Shown here: piece after piece, positions 17,938-28,303 of the stretch
How positions within the stretch are numbered: the first letter of the stretch is position 1
Layout of the letters: each line of letters begins with the position of its first letter
Assembly: GCA_016839585.1 (NCBI GenBank)
Contig: JAEOTZ010000044.1
Coordinates: 1 to 43,532, forward strand
DNA from: Promethearchaeota archaeon
GTDB taxonomy: Archaea > Asgardarchaeota > Lokiarchaeia > Sigyniarchaeales > SOKP01
Direction: 5' to 3'
DNA length: 43,532 nucleotides
Position numbers and translations under genes: made by a program
Notes under the pieces: model-generated
Told to the model about the DNA's origin: nothing
Seen by the model: the letters and a program-made list of their open reading frames with translations, nothing else
Database searches by the model: none

Positions 17938-18159
17938 CTACTCATTTGTTTTATTATTCCAAATATAAGAAATATAGTCTGTTAACGTTTCATAATTGTG
18001 AGTAAGAATGTCTTCAAATTTTTGATAATATTTCATATCAGTTCCAAATTTATTTATTTGGTCTTGAGGAAAATATTCAAAGAATTTACTTACTATATAA
18101 TCCAGTTCTTTTTTCACTTGTTTATCTTTTATCTTTTTAGGAAATCTACCCACAAACAT
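17938..18159 (-). pseudogene. Short ORF resembling the C-terminal half of Asgard longin-like small proteins (possibly truncated)
   Basis: GFMFVGRFPKKIKDKQVKKELDYIVSKFFEYFP...KFEDIL. The frame extends about 29 codons upstream to a TAG with no canonical start and no recognisable N-terminal half. Confidence 0.35.
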
Positions 18160-18309
18160 GAATCCCTCTTTAGATAAAATTTTTACTTGTAAATTATACT
18201 TCGAATATTTAAACTTGAGCTGATTGCGACATAAAATGTTGTTTGCCTAATTTTAAAATAAAAAAAGAGAACTGTAAAATACTAGTTATTTTTCTTAATT
18301 ACCTCTGGC

Positions 18310-19728
18310 TTATTCAACGTACTTGTAACCTAATTTCTTTAAGGTTTCAATTTCTTTCTGTTTGTGAATTTGTGCTAATTTATCTTTTGTTTTTTCCCAT
18401 TCGGAACCAGTTAGAGGATAAATTTTCATTACAAAAAAACACAATAATAAAAATATTGCAGGTAACAACATCCATCCAATAATAATACCTGTTTCTACTC
18501 GAAAAGATTGCTGACCTGGATCTAAATCTTTATCAAAACCAAAGACTACAATAATAAACAGAAAGACCGATTCTGCGATACTATAGGCATATTTCGTTAC
18601 AAAAGAATTAATGCCAGCATACATTCCTTCTCTTCTTTGACCTGTCATATCCTCATCCTTATCAATTACATCTCCGTTCATTAAAGGAATTAAATATAAA
18701 GCACCTGTTAATCCAATACCTAATCCTATAAATCCTATCATTGTTATTGCTAAAATTCGCCCAAAAAAGAGTATTATAAAACATCCTGCCGAGAAAATAA
18801 GGAGCATTATTTGCATCGCCTTTTTTACACCCATAACTTGACCTTTTATTATGAAAAGGATGATTCCAACTATTATTCCAATACCTAGAAATGCATATAA
18901 CAGCATCATTGGCATTTCTAATTCACTGGTATAAAATGGTACTCCTGTTAAAATTCCTCCTTGAACAAAAATAATAGTAAAGCTAATAACTTCAAAGACA
19001 ATAAAAGAATTATTTTTAAATGTGTTTTTTAGTGATTTCAAGAAAGGAACTTTTTCTTCTTCTTTGGGAAATTGCTTTTCCTTATAGAAAAATGTGCTTA
19101 GAAATACAATTAGTCCAGCTAAGATACCTAATATAATTTGAAAAATTTGAAAAAAAGGTAAATCAGCTTTAGTCTCAGGCTTAATCATATCCAATAGTAA
19201 AAGTGGTGCTACCATTGCAAATACACTAAAAATAACTTTCCAGAAAAAAATACTTCCACGGGCTTTATTGGATATAGCCATTTCATAGGGCATAACATAT
19301 AGAGCAGAAGCTACAGCAGTATATAAAAGATCATAAAAAAATAGAAAAACTAATAATTGAATAAACATTGCTAATTGATCAGTTTGTGAACCTGGCCAAT
19401 AAATCCAACATAAAATATATGATAATGCAATCAATGGAGCGCCATAGCGGATATATGGGATCCTTCTTCCTAATTTACTTTTTGTGCGATCTGTAATATA
19501 TCCAAATAAAGGATCATTGACCATATTCCATAATCCAAAAATTAACCAAGCAATACCAGCAAGAATTGCATCAAGACCTCGAAGAGAGATAAAATAATAA
19601 CTTATAAGGGTGAGTATGAATGTTTGCATTAATGCAACTGCAGCATCCGCTCCAGAAACCCATATTCTACTTTTTAAGGGAATAATTTCTTCTTTTAATT
19701 CAATTTCTTCTTTCATAATAAACACCAT
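18310..19728 (-). CDS. MFS transporter, glycoside-pentoside-hexuronide (MelB/GPH) family
   Basis: WNMVNDPLFGYITDRTKSKLGRRIPYI and GDVIDKDEDMTGQRREGMYAG; about 12 TM segments. Confidence 0.92.
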   Translation of the reverse strand: MVFIMKEEIELKEEIIPLKSRIWVSGADAAVALMQTFILTLISYYFISLRGLDAILAGIAWLIFGLWNMVNDPLFGYITDRTKSKLGRRIPYIRYGAPLIALSYILCWIYWPGSQTDQLAMFIQLLVFLFFYDLLYTAVASALYVMPYEMAISNKARGSIFFWKVIFSVFAMVAPLLLLDMIKPETKADLPFFQIFQIILGILAGLIVFLSTFFYKEKQFPKEEEKVPFLKSLKNTFKNNSFIVFEVISFTIIFVQGGILTGVPFYTSELEMPMMLLYAFLGIGIIVGIILFIIKGQVMGVKKAMQIMLLIFSAGCFIILFFGRILAITMIGFIGLGIGLTGALYLIPLMNGDVIDKDEDMTGQRREGMYAGINSFVTKYAYSIAESVFLFIIVVFGFDKDLDPGQQSFRVETGIIIGWMLLPAIFLLLCFFVMKIYPLTGSEWEKTKDKLAQIHKQKEIETLKKLGYKYVE

Positions 19729-19800
19729 TAAAATAACTAAAAAGTATGGAAGAAAAAATAGTATTTCTTATTTAAACTTTTGAAAAATAAAACTATAATA

Positions 19801-21258
19801 TTAGATATAAAAAGGTAAAACCATTTCTTTTAAAATGAAAATAGTTTTTTTTCCAGAACTAGATTTGCACTTTAAAGAAATTGATACATTATAAATACTA
19901 AGGTTATCTGGAATTTTATTCTTAATAAAATCTTTTAAAAATTCAGAGAATTGATAATATTCTCTTTTAGTTTCAACCCATAAATACCCTTTTTTTTCAA
20001 AATATTCTAGATTTTTTTCTTTAAATTTATTAGCATGAAATTCTTCTTTAACTGGAGGCCCTCTTCGAATATATGTTGGTGAGATTTGTGGTTTTTCACA
20101 ATAAATAGCTATGTTATATTCATCAACTTCATCTTCAAAAAAAATTTCAAAAAATATACTTCCAAATCGTTCTGCACGAGTAAACTCCCTTTCTCCATTA
20201 GCTTTAATGCTTTCTGCTAGTGAATCTAATTTATCTCTATTTATTGTATAATGAATGTCTTTATTATTATTTCTTAATTCGATAATGAAGATTTTTGATA
20301 GAATTAGATCTTTTAAATTAGAAAGATCTACTTCTGGTATTGCTTTTTGTATGAAAAATTCTTTAGACGGTTTTTTCAAAAACTTTTTTACTTTTTCGTT
20401 ACAAAAAGTATATGCTCTTCCTGATATTGCCGAAGCAACATTCCTATTCTTATCTATTGGATCTATGATTATAAGATAATCATTTTGAAAATGTTGTATT
20501 CTCTTTAATTCATTGTTATTTCTTTTATAATAATCCAACGGTTTTTGCTTTAGAGTGTGAAAATTTCTAAAAAGTTTTTGGATATTCCCAAAATAATAGA
20601 TCAATAATTCAGCACTGTATCCAATAAATCCAACCTTACCAACAGCACTGGTATCTCCATAACAATGACTAGATTTAAAGAATTGTTTTAATAACCTAAC
20701 ATCATTTTTCTGTTCAACAGTTAAATTTTCCCTTATAAATTGACCATGCCAAGGAGATCTGTCAACTGCGGTGATTGGTCCATTTTGTTCTATGAATTTT
20801 TTATCTAAATCAAAATATAGAACAATATCGATTTTTATTTTAAAGTTATTTACTATATAATCCACTGTTACATATGGATGTTCAGCATATAGAAGCCGTG
20901 GATTTTGAAATTCTTTTAATGTTAGAGATTTAATAATCCAATTATTACAAAGTCTTAAAAAATCTTTTTTGGATTCTTTTTTTAATTTATTTTTGCTTAG
21001 GCCTTCATAGGTTGGTTTATATAAGTTATAATCTAATCCAATAAATAAGTCTATGTCAAAATCCCCTTTTAATTGAGTTTGTTTGATACCAGTTGATCCC
21101 TGCGATTCAATTAAAGTGTAATTAATGTTTAATTCTTCTGCTTTGCTTTTTAGTAAATGCTTTAATTTCTCAACTATTTCATTAATTAACTTTAACTCTT
21201 GATTAGTTGGAATGATTTGATTTAGAGTGTTTGTTAAGATCTCATTAATCGATGTCAT
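19801..21258 (-). CDS. cca: Archaeal (class I) CCA-adding tRNA nucleotidyltransferase
   Basis: QGSTG..TQLKGDFDIDLF, YAEHPY, TAVDRSPWH, VRLLKQF, GYSAELL and IIDPIDKNRNVASA. Confidence 0.93.
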   Translation of the reverse strand: MTSINEILTNTLNQIIPTNQELKLINEIVEKLKHLLKSKAEELNINYTLIESQGSTGIKQTQLKGDFDIDLFIGLDYNLYKPTYEGLSKNKLKKESKKDFLRLCNNWIIKSLTLKEFQNPRLLYAEHPYVTVDYIVNNFKIKIDIVLYFDLDKKFIEQNGPITAVDRSPWHGQFIRENLTVEQKNDVRLLKQFFKSSHCYGDTSAVGKVGFIGYSAELLIYYFGNIQKLFRNFHTLKQKPLDYYKRNNNELKRIQHFQNDYLIIIDPIDKNRNVASAISGRAYTFCNEKVKKFLKKPSKEFFIQKAIPEVDLSNLKDLILSKIFIIELRNNNKDIHYTINRDKLDSLAESIKANGEREFTRAERFGSIFFEIFFEDEVDEYNIAIYCEKPQISPTYIRRGPPVKEEFHANKFKEKNLEYFEKKGYLWVETKREYYQFSEFLKDFIKNKIPDNLSIYNVSISLKCKSSSGKKTIFILKEMVLPFYI

Positions 21259-21343
21259 ATTACTTGTAAAAATATCAATTAATAATGTAAATAGTATACA
21301 TACAATTAAATATTACTTTAGATAAAAAAAAGGATTCTCATTA

Positions 21344-23152
21344 TTACATTCCCCACCAAGGATGTTCATAGGTTCTCTTTAATTTAATATACTCTCTTAA
21401 AGCTTGTTTTTGATCTGTGGTTAATTCATCAATGAACTTTCCCATTAATTGCCTAACGTGAGATTCGGGGACATTTACGAATAAAGTTTCGTCTTTTCCT
21501 ATATCTCGACCTATTTCAATACCACGGATAGAAATAGCTACCTCAGAATCCTTAGGTGCTTTTTCTATTGTTTGACCTTTATCTTGAATTTGATGAACTC
21601 TTCTGACTCTTTTTCCTGTGTTAGTTATTAAGGGTACTTTTGGATATAAAGTTCCAGCTTCAACATATACACCAAATACTGCGGGATCTGAATTTCGAAA
21701 TATAAAATCTGGGAGCATCTTAATCTTTGCTGGTAATAGTAATTCACTTAACGCTTTAGCAGTATCTTCCGCTTTCCTAGTTTCAGCATATTCAATATAA
21801 TCTTCTAACAATCGATAAATAACATTATTTGTAAAGATTCTGATATTATCAATATTAGCTTGTTCTTGAGCTTCTGGTAATATCGGAATATTAAACCCTA
21901 AAACAGTTGCAGAATAAGGATCGAAATCTTTAACTATATTTGCATTCATTACATCTTCTTTCTTAATTGGCCCAACATCAGCTATGCTAATTTTAACTCC
22001 ATTCTTTGTAAAAAAACTCACTAAGGCTTCAAGAGAACCTAAAGTATCTGCCTTTAATACTACTCCTGCTTTTTCTGTTCTAATTCTAATAGCTTGAACT
22101 TCTTCTTCAATTTCTTTATAGATAACTTCTTCCTTGGAAGGATCTCCAATTCCCTTAAAAGGTGATCCTGCTACTACATCATCAATATTTGGAGCTAATA
22201 TTTTTACACCAGCTGCTGCACTTACAAATTCTTCCGAATCGAATTTTTGGCGAGGATCCCTGATCTCATCTAATGGTTTTGGTATTAAAATTGCTCTAAC
22301 TTTTGATTTAATTGGCTTTTCTAATCCTCCAACAATAAATTCATCTCCTTTTCTAATAATACCATCATAAATTAATACATCCATTGTTTTTCCTTGACCC
22401 TTTTCCTTCTTTACTTCTAATACAACCCCTTTAGCAGCACCAGAAGAGAATTTTAAATTTGGTGTTAAAAATTGTTGAACTAAGCCCATTAATATCAATA
22501 ATAATGTTGAAATACCTTCTCCTGTTTTAGCACTTGTAGGAACGATAGCAATCTTTTTAGTGAAATCCTTTATCTTATCATATCTATCTATGCCTTTAAA
22601 TCCCTCTTCTAAGAAGTTAGTACTTATTTGCACAAGTTTCTCGTCTAAAAAGTCCTTTACATGAGGTTTTTGAGAATTATAAGTATCTAAAAAGTCAGCA
22701 TCATTTTTCGATTTCCAGCCAGATATTCTATCAATTTTATTAGCAGCTATAACGAAAGGTGTTTTTCTTTCTCTCAATATTCTTACGGATTCCCAAGTTA
22801 TTGGCATTGTCCCAGCTGTAACATCAATTACTAAAATTGCGATATCTGCAACAGCGCCACCTCTTCTTCTAAGATTCAAAAAAGCAGCATGACCGGGAGT
22901 ATCAACTATTAATATACCTGGAAGTTTAATATCTTTCTCTGCAAATTCTTGTTTTGATTTTTTTAGAAAATCCTTAATATCTTGAGTTGGAAAGTATGAT
23001 GCTCCTATGTGTTGAGTAATCCCTGCCGCTTCTCTTTTTTGAACAACAGTACCCCTAATATAATCTAAGAGTGATGTTTTGCCATGATCAATATGGCCTA
23101 AAATACATGCAATTGGGGCTCTAATTATTTTAGATTCTTCTTGAGTAGCCAT
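21344..23152 (-). CDS. infB: Translation initiation factor aIF5B (IF-2)
   Basis: RAPIACILGHIDHGKTSLLD, EAAGITQHIGA, DTPGH, NKID and KADTLGSLEAL. ATG at 23152 is preferred because GGTG precedes it. Confidence 0.96.
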   Translation of the reverse strand: MATQEESKIIRAPIACILGHIDHGKTSLLDYIRGTVVQKREAAGITQHIGASYFPTQDIKDFLKKSKQEFAEKDIKLPGILIVDTPGHAAFLNLRRRGGAVADIAILVIDVTAGTMPITWESVRILRERKTPFVIAANKIDRISGWKSKNDADFLDTYNSQKPHVKDFLDEKLVQISTNFLEEGFKGIDRYDKIKDFTKKIAIVPTSAKTGEGISTLLLILMGLVQQFLTPNLKFSSGAAKGVVLEVKKEKGQGKTMDVLIYDGIIRKGDEFIVGGLEKPIKSKVRAILIPKPLDEIRDPRQKFDSEEFVSAAAGVKILAPNIDDVVAGSPFKGIGDPSKEEVIYKEIEEEVQAIRIRTEKAGVVLKADTLGSLEALVSFFTKNGVKISIADVGPIKKEDVMNANIVKDFDPYSATVLGFNIPILPEAQEQANIDNIRIFTNNVIYRLLEDYIEYAETRKAEDTAKALSELLLPAKIKMLPDFIFRNSDPAVFGVYVEAGTLYPKVPLITNTGKRVRRVHQIQDKGQTIEKAPKDSEVAISIRGIEIGRDIGKDETLFVNVPESHVRQLMGKFIDELTTDQKQALREYIKLKRTYEHPWWGM

Positions 23153-23251
23153 TTGGCACCACAAATTTGGAATTAATGTATTAATCTTCTTAATATGAAT
23201 AATATTTTAAAAAAAGTAAGGAAAAGTAAAGAAATTTTTCTTTCTTAAGAA

Positions 23252-26125
23252 TCAATTATCATTTAAATATTTTTTAAGATATTTTGCTGTATAGGAACTT
23301 TTGTAATTAATTATTTCTTCTGGTGACCCTACTACAACTATTTTACCACCTTTTTCTCCACCTTCAGGTCCAAGATCGATAATATAATCTACAGATTTGA
23401 TAATATCCATATTGTGTTCTATGATAATAACAGTATTCCCCTTATCCACTAATTTTTGAAGAACTTTAAGTAAAAAATTAATATCATAAGATGATAAACC
23501 CGTCGTTGGCTCATCTAAGATATAAAGTGTATTGCCAGTACTAGTTTTTCTTAATTCTCTTGCAATTTTAATTCTTTGGGACTCTCCACCGCTTAGTGTC
23601 GTTGATGATTGACCTAATTCTAGATATCCTAATCCAACATCTACAACAGTTTTTAAAGTTCTTTTTAAATTCGGATAACTATCAAAAAACTCAAGTGCTT
23701 GATTGAAGGTCATTTCTAAAACGTCTGATATTGTCTTTCCACGATATTTAATTTCAAGTGTTTCAGCGTTATATCTTTTTCCTTTACATAAATCGCATTT
23801 AATATAAACATCTGGTAAAAAGTACATTTCTTTAAGTATATATCCTGTACCTTTGCATTTCTTACAATGTCCAACTTTTGTATTAAAACTAAATCTTCCT
23901 TTTTTATATCCTCTTTCTCTTGATTCAGGCAACCCAGCAAAGATTTCTCTAATATAATCTAATGCTTTTGTATAAGTTGCTGGTACAGATCTAGGAGTTC
24001 TTCCAATTGGTGATTGATCAATATTAATTATTTTATCAATTTTTTCGAAACCAATTATATCATCAAACTCTCCAGTATATAATTTGGAACTACGTGTATT
24101 GATTATATTATGCAAACCTTTATACAAACAATCAATTATCAGACTTGTCTTTCCTGCTCCTGAAACTCCAGTAATACATGTAAATAAACCTAAAGGTATC
24201 TTAACATCAATCTTTTTTAGATTATTTTCTCTTGCTCCTTTAATTTCTAGATAATCATCATTTATTTTTCGCTTATTTTTTGGAATTTCTATTTTCTTTT
24301 TTCCTGATAAATACATTCCAGTTAAAGTATCTGCATTTATAATTGTATCCAATGGCCCTTCAGCAACTATTTCTCCGCCTTTTTCTCCTGCTAATGGACC
24401 TAAATCAATAATATGATCTGCATTTTGTATTATTGCATTATCATGTTCTACCACTATTACAGTATTACCCAAATCCCTCAATTTTTTCAACATATTTATA
24501 AGGCTATTAATATCTCTTTGATGCAATCCTACGCTAGGTTCATCTAAGACATATAAAACTCCCACTAGACTAGAACCTAATTGAGTAGCTAATCTTATTC
24601 TTTCTGCTTCTCCAACAGATAAAGTATCTGATCGCCGACTAAGAGTAATATAATCCAATCCTACATTTTCTAGGAATGATAGTCTATCAAAGATTTCTTT
24701 TAAAACTTCTTTAACTATAGTTTTTTGTGTTTCATCTAGCTCTAATGCCTTGAAAAATTTAATTGATTCTTTAACTGATAATTCTGATAATTCTGCAATA
24801 TTGAGGTCATTAATAGTGACTGCCAAGCTTTCTTGCTTTAACCTTTGACCATTGCATTGGGGGCATTTAACTTTATTCATAAAATTTTCATAAATATCTC
24901 GAGCCCATTCAGAGCTAGTCTCCATGTATCTTCTGTGTAACCAGGGGATTACTCCTTCAAACGGTCTAACAACATGCCATGAGGATTTAACTTCATTCTT
25001 ATAATTTCTATGATTATTATTATCACTTTCAAAATGAAACTCAATTGATTCGTTATCTGTACCAAATAATATCTTATCAAGCTTTTTTGGATCTATATCT
25101 TTAATAATTGTTTTATTAGTATCAATACCATAATGCTTAGCAACTTGTTGTAATGATTGCCAAACATATCCTGATTCGGATCCAAATCCAGGAATATTTC
25201 TAATAGGTGTATCTTGAAGTGGAACATCTAAATCATCACCTAAGATTAACCCATAATCAAATTCCATTACTGAACCTAGTCCATTGCAATATTTACAACT
25301 TCCATGTGGTATATTAAATGAAAACATTTTGTGGTCTAGTTGAGGAATTGAAATACCACAGTCTACACATGCTAGATGTTCTGAAAATATTTGTTCTGTA
25401 TTTCCAAGAATATCAATAATAACTAAACCTTCTGTTAAATCTAAAGCTGTTTCGATTGAGTCCGCAAGTCTTGCTCTAATATCTTTTTTCATTACTAACC
25501 TATCTATAATAACATTGATTGTATGTTTCACATTCTTTTCCATTGAAATTTCTTCGTCAAGAGTGTATTGAATACCATCAATCTCAACTCTCCCATATCC
25601 CTGTTTCTTAAGATCTTGCAAGAGTTCTTTATATTCTCCCTTCCTATCTCTTATCACAGGTGCTTTAATTATAAATTTTTGATTTATTTTAATTGAATCT
25701 AATATTTGTTGGATTATCTGTTGCGGAGTTTGAGGTTTAATTTCTTTACCACAATTTGGACAGTGAGGTATTCCTACATTTGCATATAATAGTCTGTGAT
25801 AATCATAAATCTCTGTTACTGTACCTACTGTACTTCTTGGATTTTTTGATAATGGTTTTTGCTCAATAGCGATTGCAGGAGATAAGCCCTCAATAGAATC
25901 TACATCTGGTTTATCCATCTCTCCAAGAAATTGTCTTGCATAACTAGATAAAGATTCAAGAAATCTTCTTTGTCCTTCTGCATATAAAGTATTAATAACA
26001 AGGGAACTTTTTCCGCTTCCACTAATACCTGTTATTACTATTAATTTATTACGTGGAATTACGACATCAATATTTTTTAAGTTATTTTGTCTTGCTCCTT
26101 TAATTATGATGGAATCTTGGCTCAT
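23252..26125 (-). CDS. uvrA: Excinuclease ABC subunit A
   Basis: GARQNNLKNI, TGISGSGKSS, EGQRRFLESLS, Zn modules, second Walker A GVSGAGKT, LSGGESQR and LDEPTTGL. Confidence 0.97.
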   Translation of the reverse strand: MSQDSIIIKGARQNNLKNIDVVIPRNKLIVITGISGSGKSSLVINTLYAEGQRRFLESLSSYARQFLGEMDKPDVDSIEGLSPAIAIEQKPLSKNPRSTVGTVTEIYDYHRLLYANVGIPHCPNCGKEIKPQTPQQIIQQILDSIKINQKFIIKAPVIRDRKGEYKELLQDLKKQGYGRVEIDGIQYTLDEEISMEKNVKHTINVIIDRLVMKKDIRARLADSIETALDLTEGLVIIDILGNTEQIFSEHLACVDCGISIPQLDHKMFSFNIPHGSCKYCNGLGSVMEFDYGLILGDDLDVPLQDTPIRNIPGFGSESGYVWQSLQQVAKHYGIDTNKTIIKDIDPKKLDKILFGTDNESIEFHFESDNNNHRNYKNEVKSSWHVVRPFEGVIPWLHRRYMETSSEWARDIYENFMNKVKCPQCNGQRLKQESLAVTINDLNIAELSELSVKESIKFFKALELDETQKTIVKEVLKEIFDRLSFLENVGLDYITLSRRSDTLSVGEAERIRLATQLGSSLVGVLYVLDEPSVGLHQRDINSLINMLKKLRDLGNTVIVVEHDNAIIQNADHIIDLGPLAGEKGGEIVAEGPLDTIINADTLTGMYLSGKKKIEIPKNKRKINDDYLEIKGARENNLKKIDVKIPLGLFTCITGVSGAGKTSLIIDCLYKGLHNIINTRSSKLYTGEFDDIIGFEKIDKIINIDQSPIGRTPRSVPATYTKALDYIREIFAGLPESRERGYKKGRFSFNTKVGHCKKCKGTGYILKEMYFLPDVYIKCDLCKGKRYNAETLEIKYRGKTISDVLEMTFNQALEFFDSYPNLKRTLKTVVDVGLGYLELGQSSTTLSGGESQRIKIARELRKTSTGNTLYILDEPTTGLSSYDINFLLKVLQKLVDKGNTVIIIEHNMDIIKSVDYIIDLGPEGGEKGGKIVVVGSPEEIINYKSSYTAKYLKKYLNDN

Positions 26126-26166
26126 TGTTTTATCTAACTATTTCAATTTATAATAAAAGAAAAATC

Positions 26167-28173
26167 TCATACTTTTATTTTATAATTTGCTTTAATTTCT
26201 TTAATTTTATCTCTTAAATAAGCAGCATCTTCAAATCTAAGTTCTTTAGCAGCCAAAAACATTTTATTCTCAAGATATTGAATAATAATATCGGTATCTT
26301 CTTCTTTCTCTAATTCTTTGATTTTATCATTAATATTTTGCTTTAATCTTTTGACTTCCCGTTCCTTAAATTCTTGTTCTTCAGAAAGAGAATCTAAAAT
26401 GTTTTTCTGAATAGTTTTTGGAGTAATATTATTTTGCACATTAAAATCAGTCTGTTTTTTTCGTCTTCTATTTGTTTCATCTATAGCTGCTTTCATAGCG
26501 GGTGTTAATTTATCTGCATATAAAATTGCTCTTCCATAAAGATTTCTAGAAGCTCTTCCAATAGTCTGAATAAGCGATCGGGTATCTCTTAAAAAACCAA
26601 GTTTATCAGCATCTAAAATAGCTACTAACTGAACTTCAGGTAAGTCTAAACCCTCTCTTAAGAGATTTATTCCTACTACCACATCATGTGTTCCATCCCT
26701 TAATTCTCGTAAAATCTCGAATCTTTCCACCGTATCTACTTCTGAGTGAAGATAAGCAATTTTAATTCCTAAATCAGAATAATATTCAGCAATATCTTCT
26801 GCCATACGTTTTGTAAGTGTCGTGATTAAAATTCTACCTTCATTGCTCATTACCTTTCTAATTTCATTTAGTAAATCATCGATTTGATTTTCTGCGGGTC
26901 GAATCTCCACATTTGGATCAACTAATCCAGTTGGTCTAATTATTTGCTCAGCTGAAATGCCTTCACTTTTTTTTAATTCATAATCACCTGGAGTTGCTGA
27001 CATAAAAATAATGTATTCAATTTTACTTTCCCACTCTTTAAATGTAAGAGGTCGATTATCATATGCACTAGGTAAGCGCCAACCATATTCAACTAGATTT
27101 TTTTTACGAGACTGGTCCCCTCCTATCATTCCGTGAATCTGGGGTATGGTAACATGACTTTCATCTACAACAATTAAAAAATCTTCTGGAAAATAATCAA
27201 CTAAAGTCATTGGTGGTGTTCCCGGTGGTCTTCCATCTAGTGGTCTTGAATAGTTCTCTATTCCTTTACACCACCCCATTTCTCTCATCATTTCTAAATC
27301 AAATTTAGTTCTCCTTTCAATCCACTCAGCTTCAGCATATTTTTTTTGACTTTTAAAGAATTCAATTTGATGTTCTAATTCTTGTTCAATTAATTCCAAT
27401 GCTTTTACTTTATTTTCTTCAGGAATAATAAAATGAGTTGCAGGAAAAATTCTATAATTAGGTACTTTTTGTAGAGGACTATTCGAAATAGGATGAATTT
27501 CGGTTATAGATTCAATCTCATCGCCGAATAGGGATAATCTAACGGCATTGTGTAAATAAGCAGGATAAATATCAATAATATCCCCCTTTACCCGCACATT
27601 TCCCGGTTTGAATTCAGTATTATTTCGCTCATAGTTCATTTTTACCAATCGTTTGAGAATTTCCGAACGTTTTTTTTCCATACCAACTTCTAGGTAAAGC
27701 GCAATTTTCTCCCAAAGCTCGGGATTTCCTAACCCATATATACATGATACAGTTGCTACTATAATTACATCTCTTCGTGTTCTAACAGCATGCGCTGCGG
27801 CAAGTCTTAATCGTTCAATTTCTTCATTAACACTAAAATCTTTTTCTATATATAAGCCTGAAACAGGCATATATGCCTCTGGCTGATAATAGTCGTAATA
27901 AGATACAAAATAATGGACTGCATTATTGGGAAACAATTCTTTAAGTTCATTGTATAGTTGTGCTGCAAGAGTTTTATTTGGAGCCATAATTAGGGTGGGC
28001 TTTTGAATTTTTTGAATTATATTCGCAATAGTAAAGGTTTTACCCGTACCAGTGGCACCTAATAACGTTTGGAATTGTTTTCCTTTAAATATATTATCTG
28101 CGAGAGCTTTTATTGCTTCTGGTTGATCTCCTGCAGGTTTAAACTCAGATTCGAGTTTGAATTTAGCAATCAT
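26167..28173 (-). CDS. uvrB: Excinuclease ABC subunit B
   Basis: PAGDQP, GATGTGKT, YYDYYQPEAY, VDESH, GINLLREGLD and the C-terminal UVR domain AAKELRFEDAAYLRD. Confidence 0.97.
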   Translation of the reverse strand: MIAKFKLESEFKPAGDQPEAIKALADNIFKGKQFQTLLGATGTGKTFTIANIIQKIQKPTLIMAPNKTLAAQLYNELKELFPNNAVHYFVSYYDYYQPEAYMPVSGLYIEKDFSVNEEIERLRLAAAHAVRTRRDVIIVATVSCIYGLGNPELWEKIALYLEVGMEKKRSEILKRLVKMNYERNNTEFKPGNVRVKGDIIDIYPAYLHNAVRLSLFGDEIESITEIHPISNSPLQKVPNYRIFPATHFIIPEENKVKALELIEQELEHQIEFFKSQKKYAEAEWIERRTKFDLEMMREMGWCKGIENYSRPLDGRPPGTPPMTLVDYFPEDFLIVVDESHVTIPQIHGMIGGDQSRKKNLVEYGWRLPSAYDNRPLTFKEWESKIEYIIFMSATPGDYELKKSEGISAEQIIRPTGLVDPNVEIRPAENQIDDLLNEIRKVMSNEGRILITTLTKRMAEDIAEYYSDLGIKIAYLHSEVDTVERFEILRELRDGTHDVVVGINLLREGLDLPEVQLVAILDADKLGFLRDTRSLIQTIGRASRNLYGRAILYADKLTPAMKAAIDETNRRRKKQTDFNVQNNITPKTIQKNILDSLSEEQEFKEREVKRLKQNINDKIKELEKEEDTDIIIQYLENKMFLAAKELRFEDAAYLRDKIKEIKANYKIKV

Positions 28174-28303
28174 TAGAGTAATAAATCAATTTTTCGACTA
28201 ATGTAAATTAAAAATAAAATCAATATATAAAAGATAAGACTTAAGATATTCTAATGTATAATAACTTATGATTTTTACTATTATATAAATAAAAAATTAG
28301 ATT

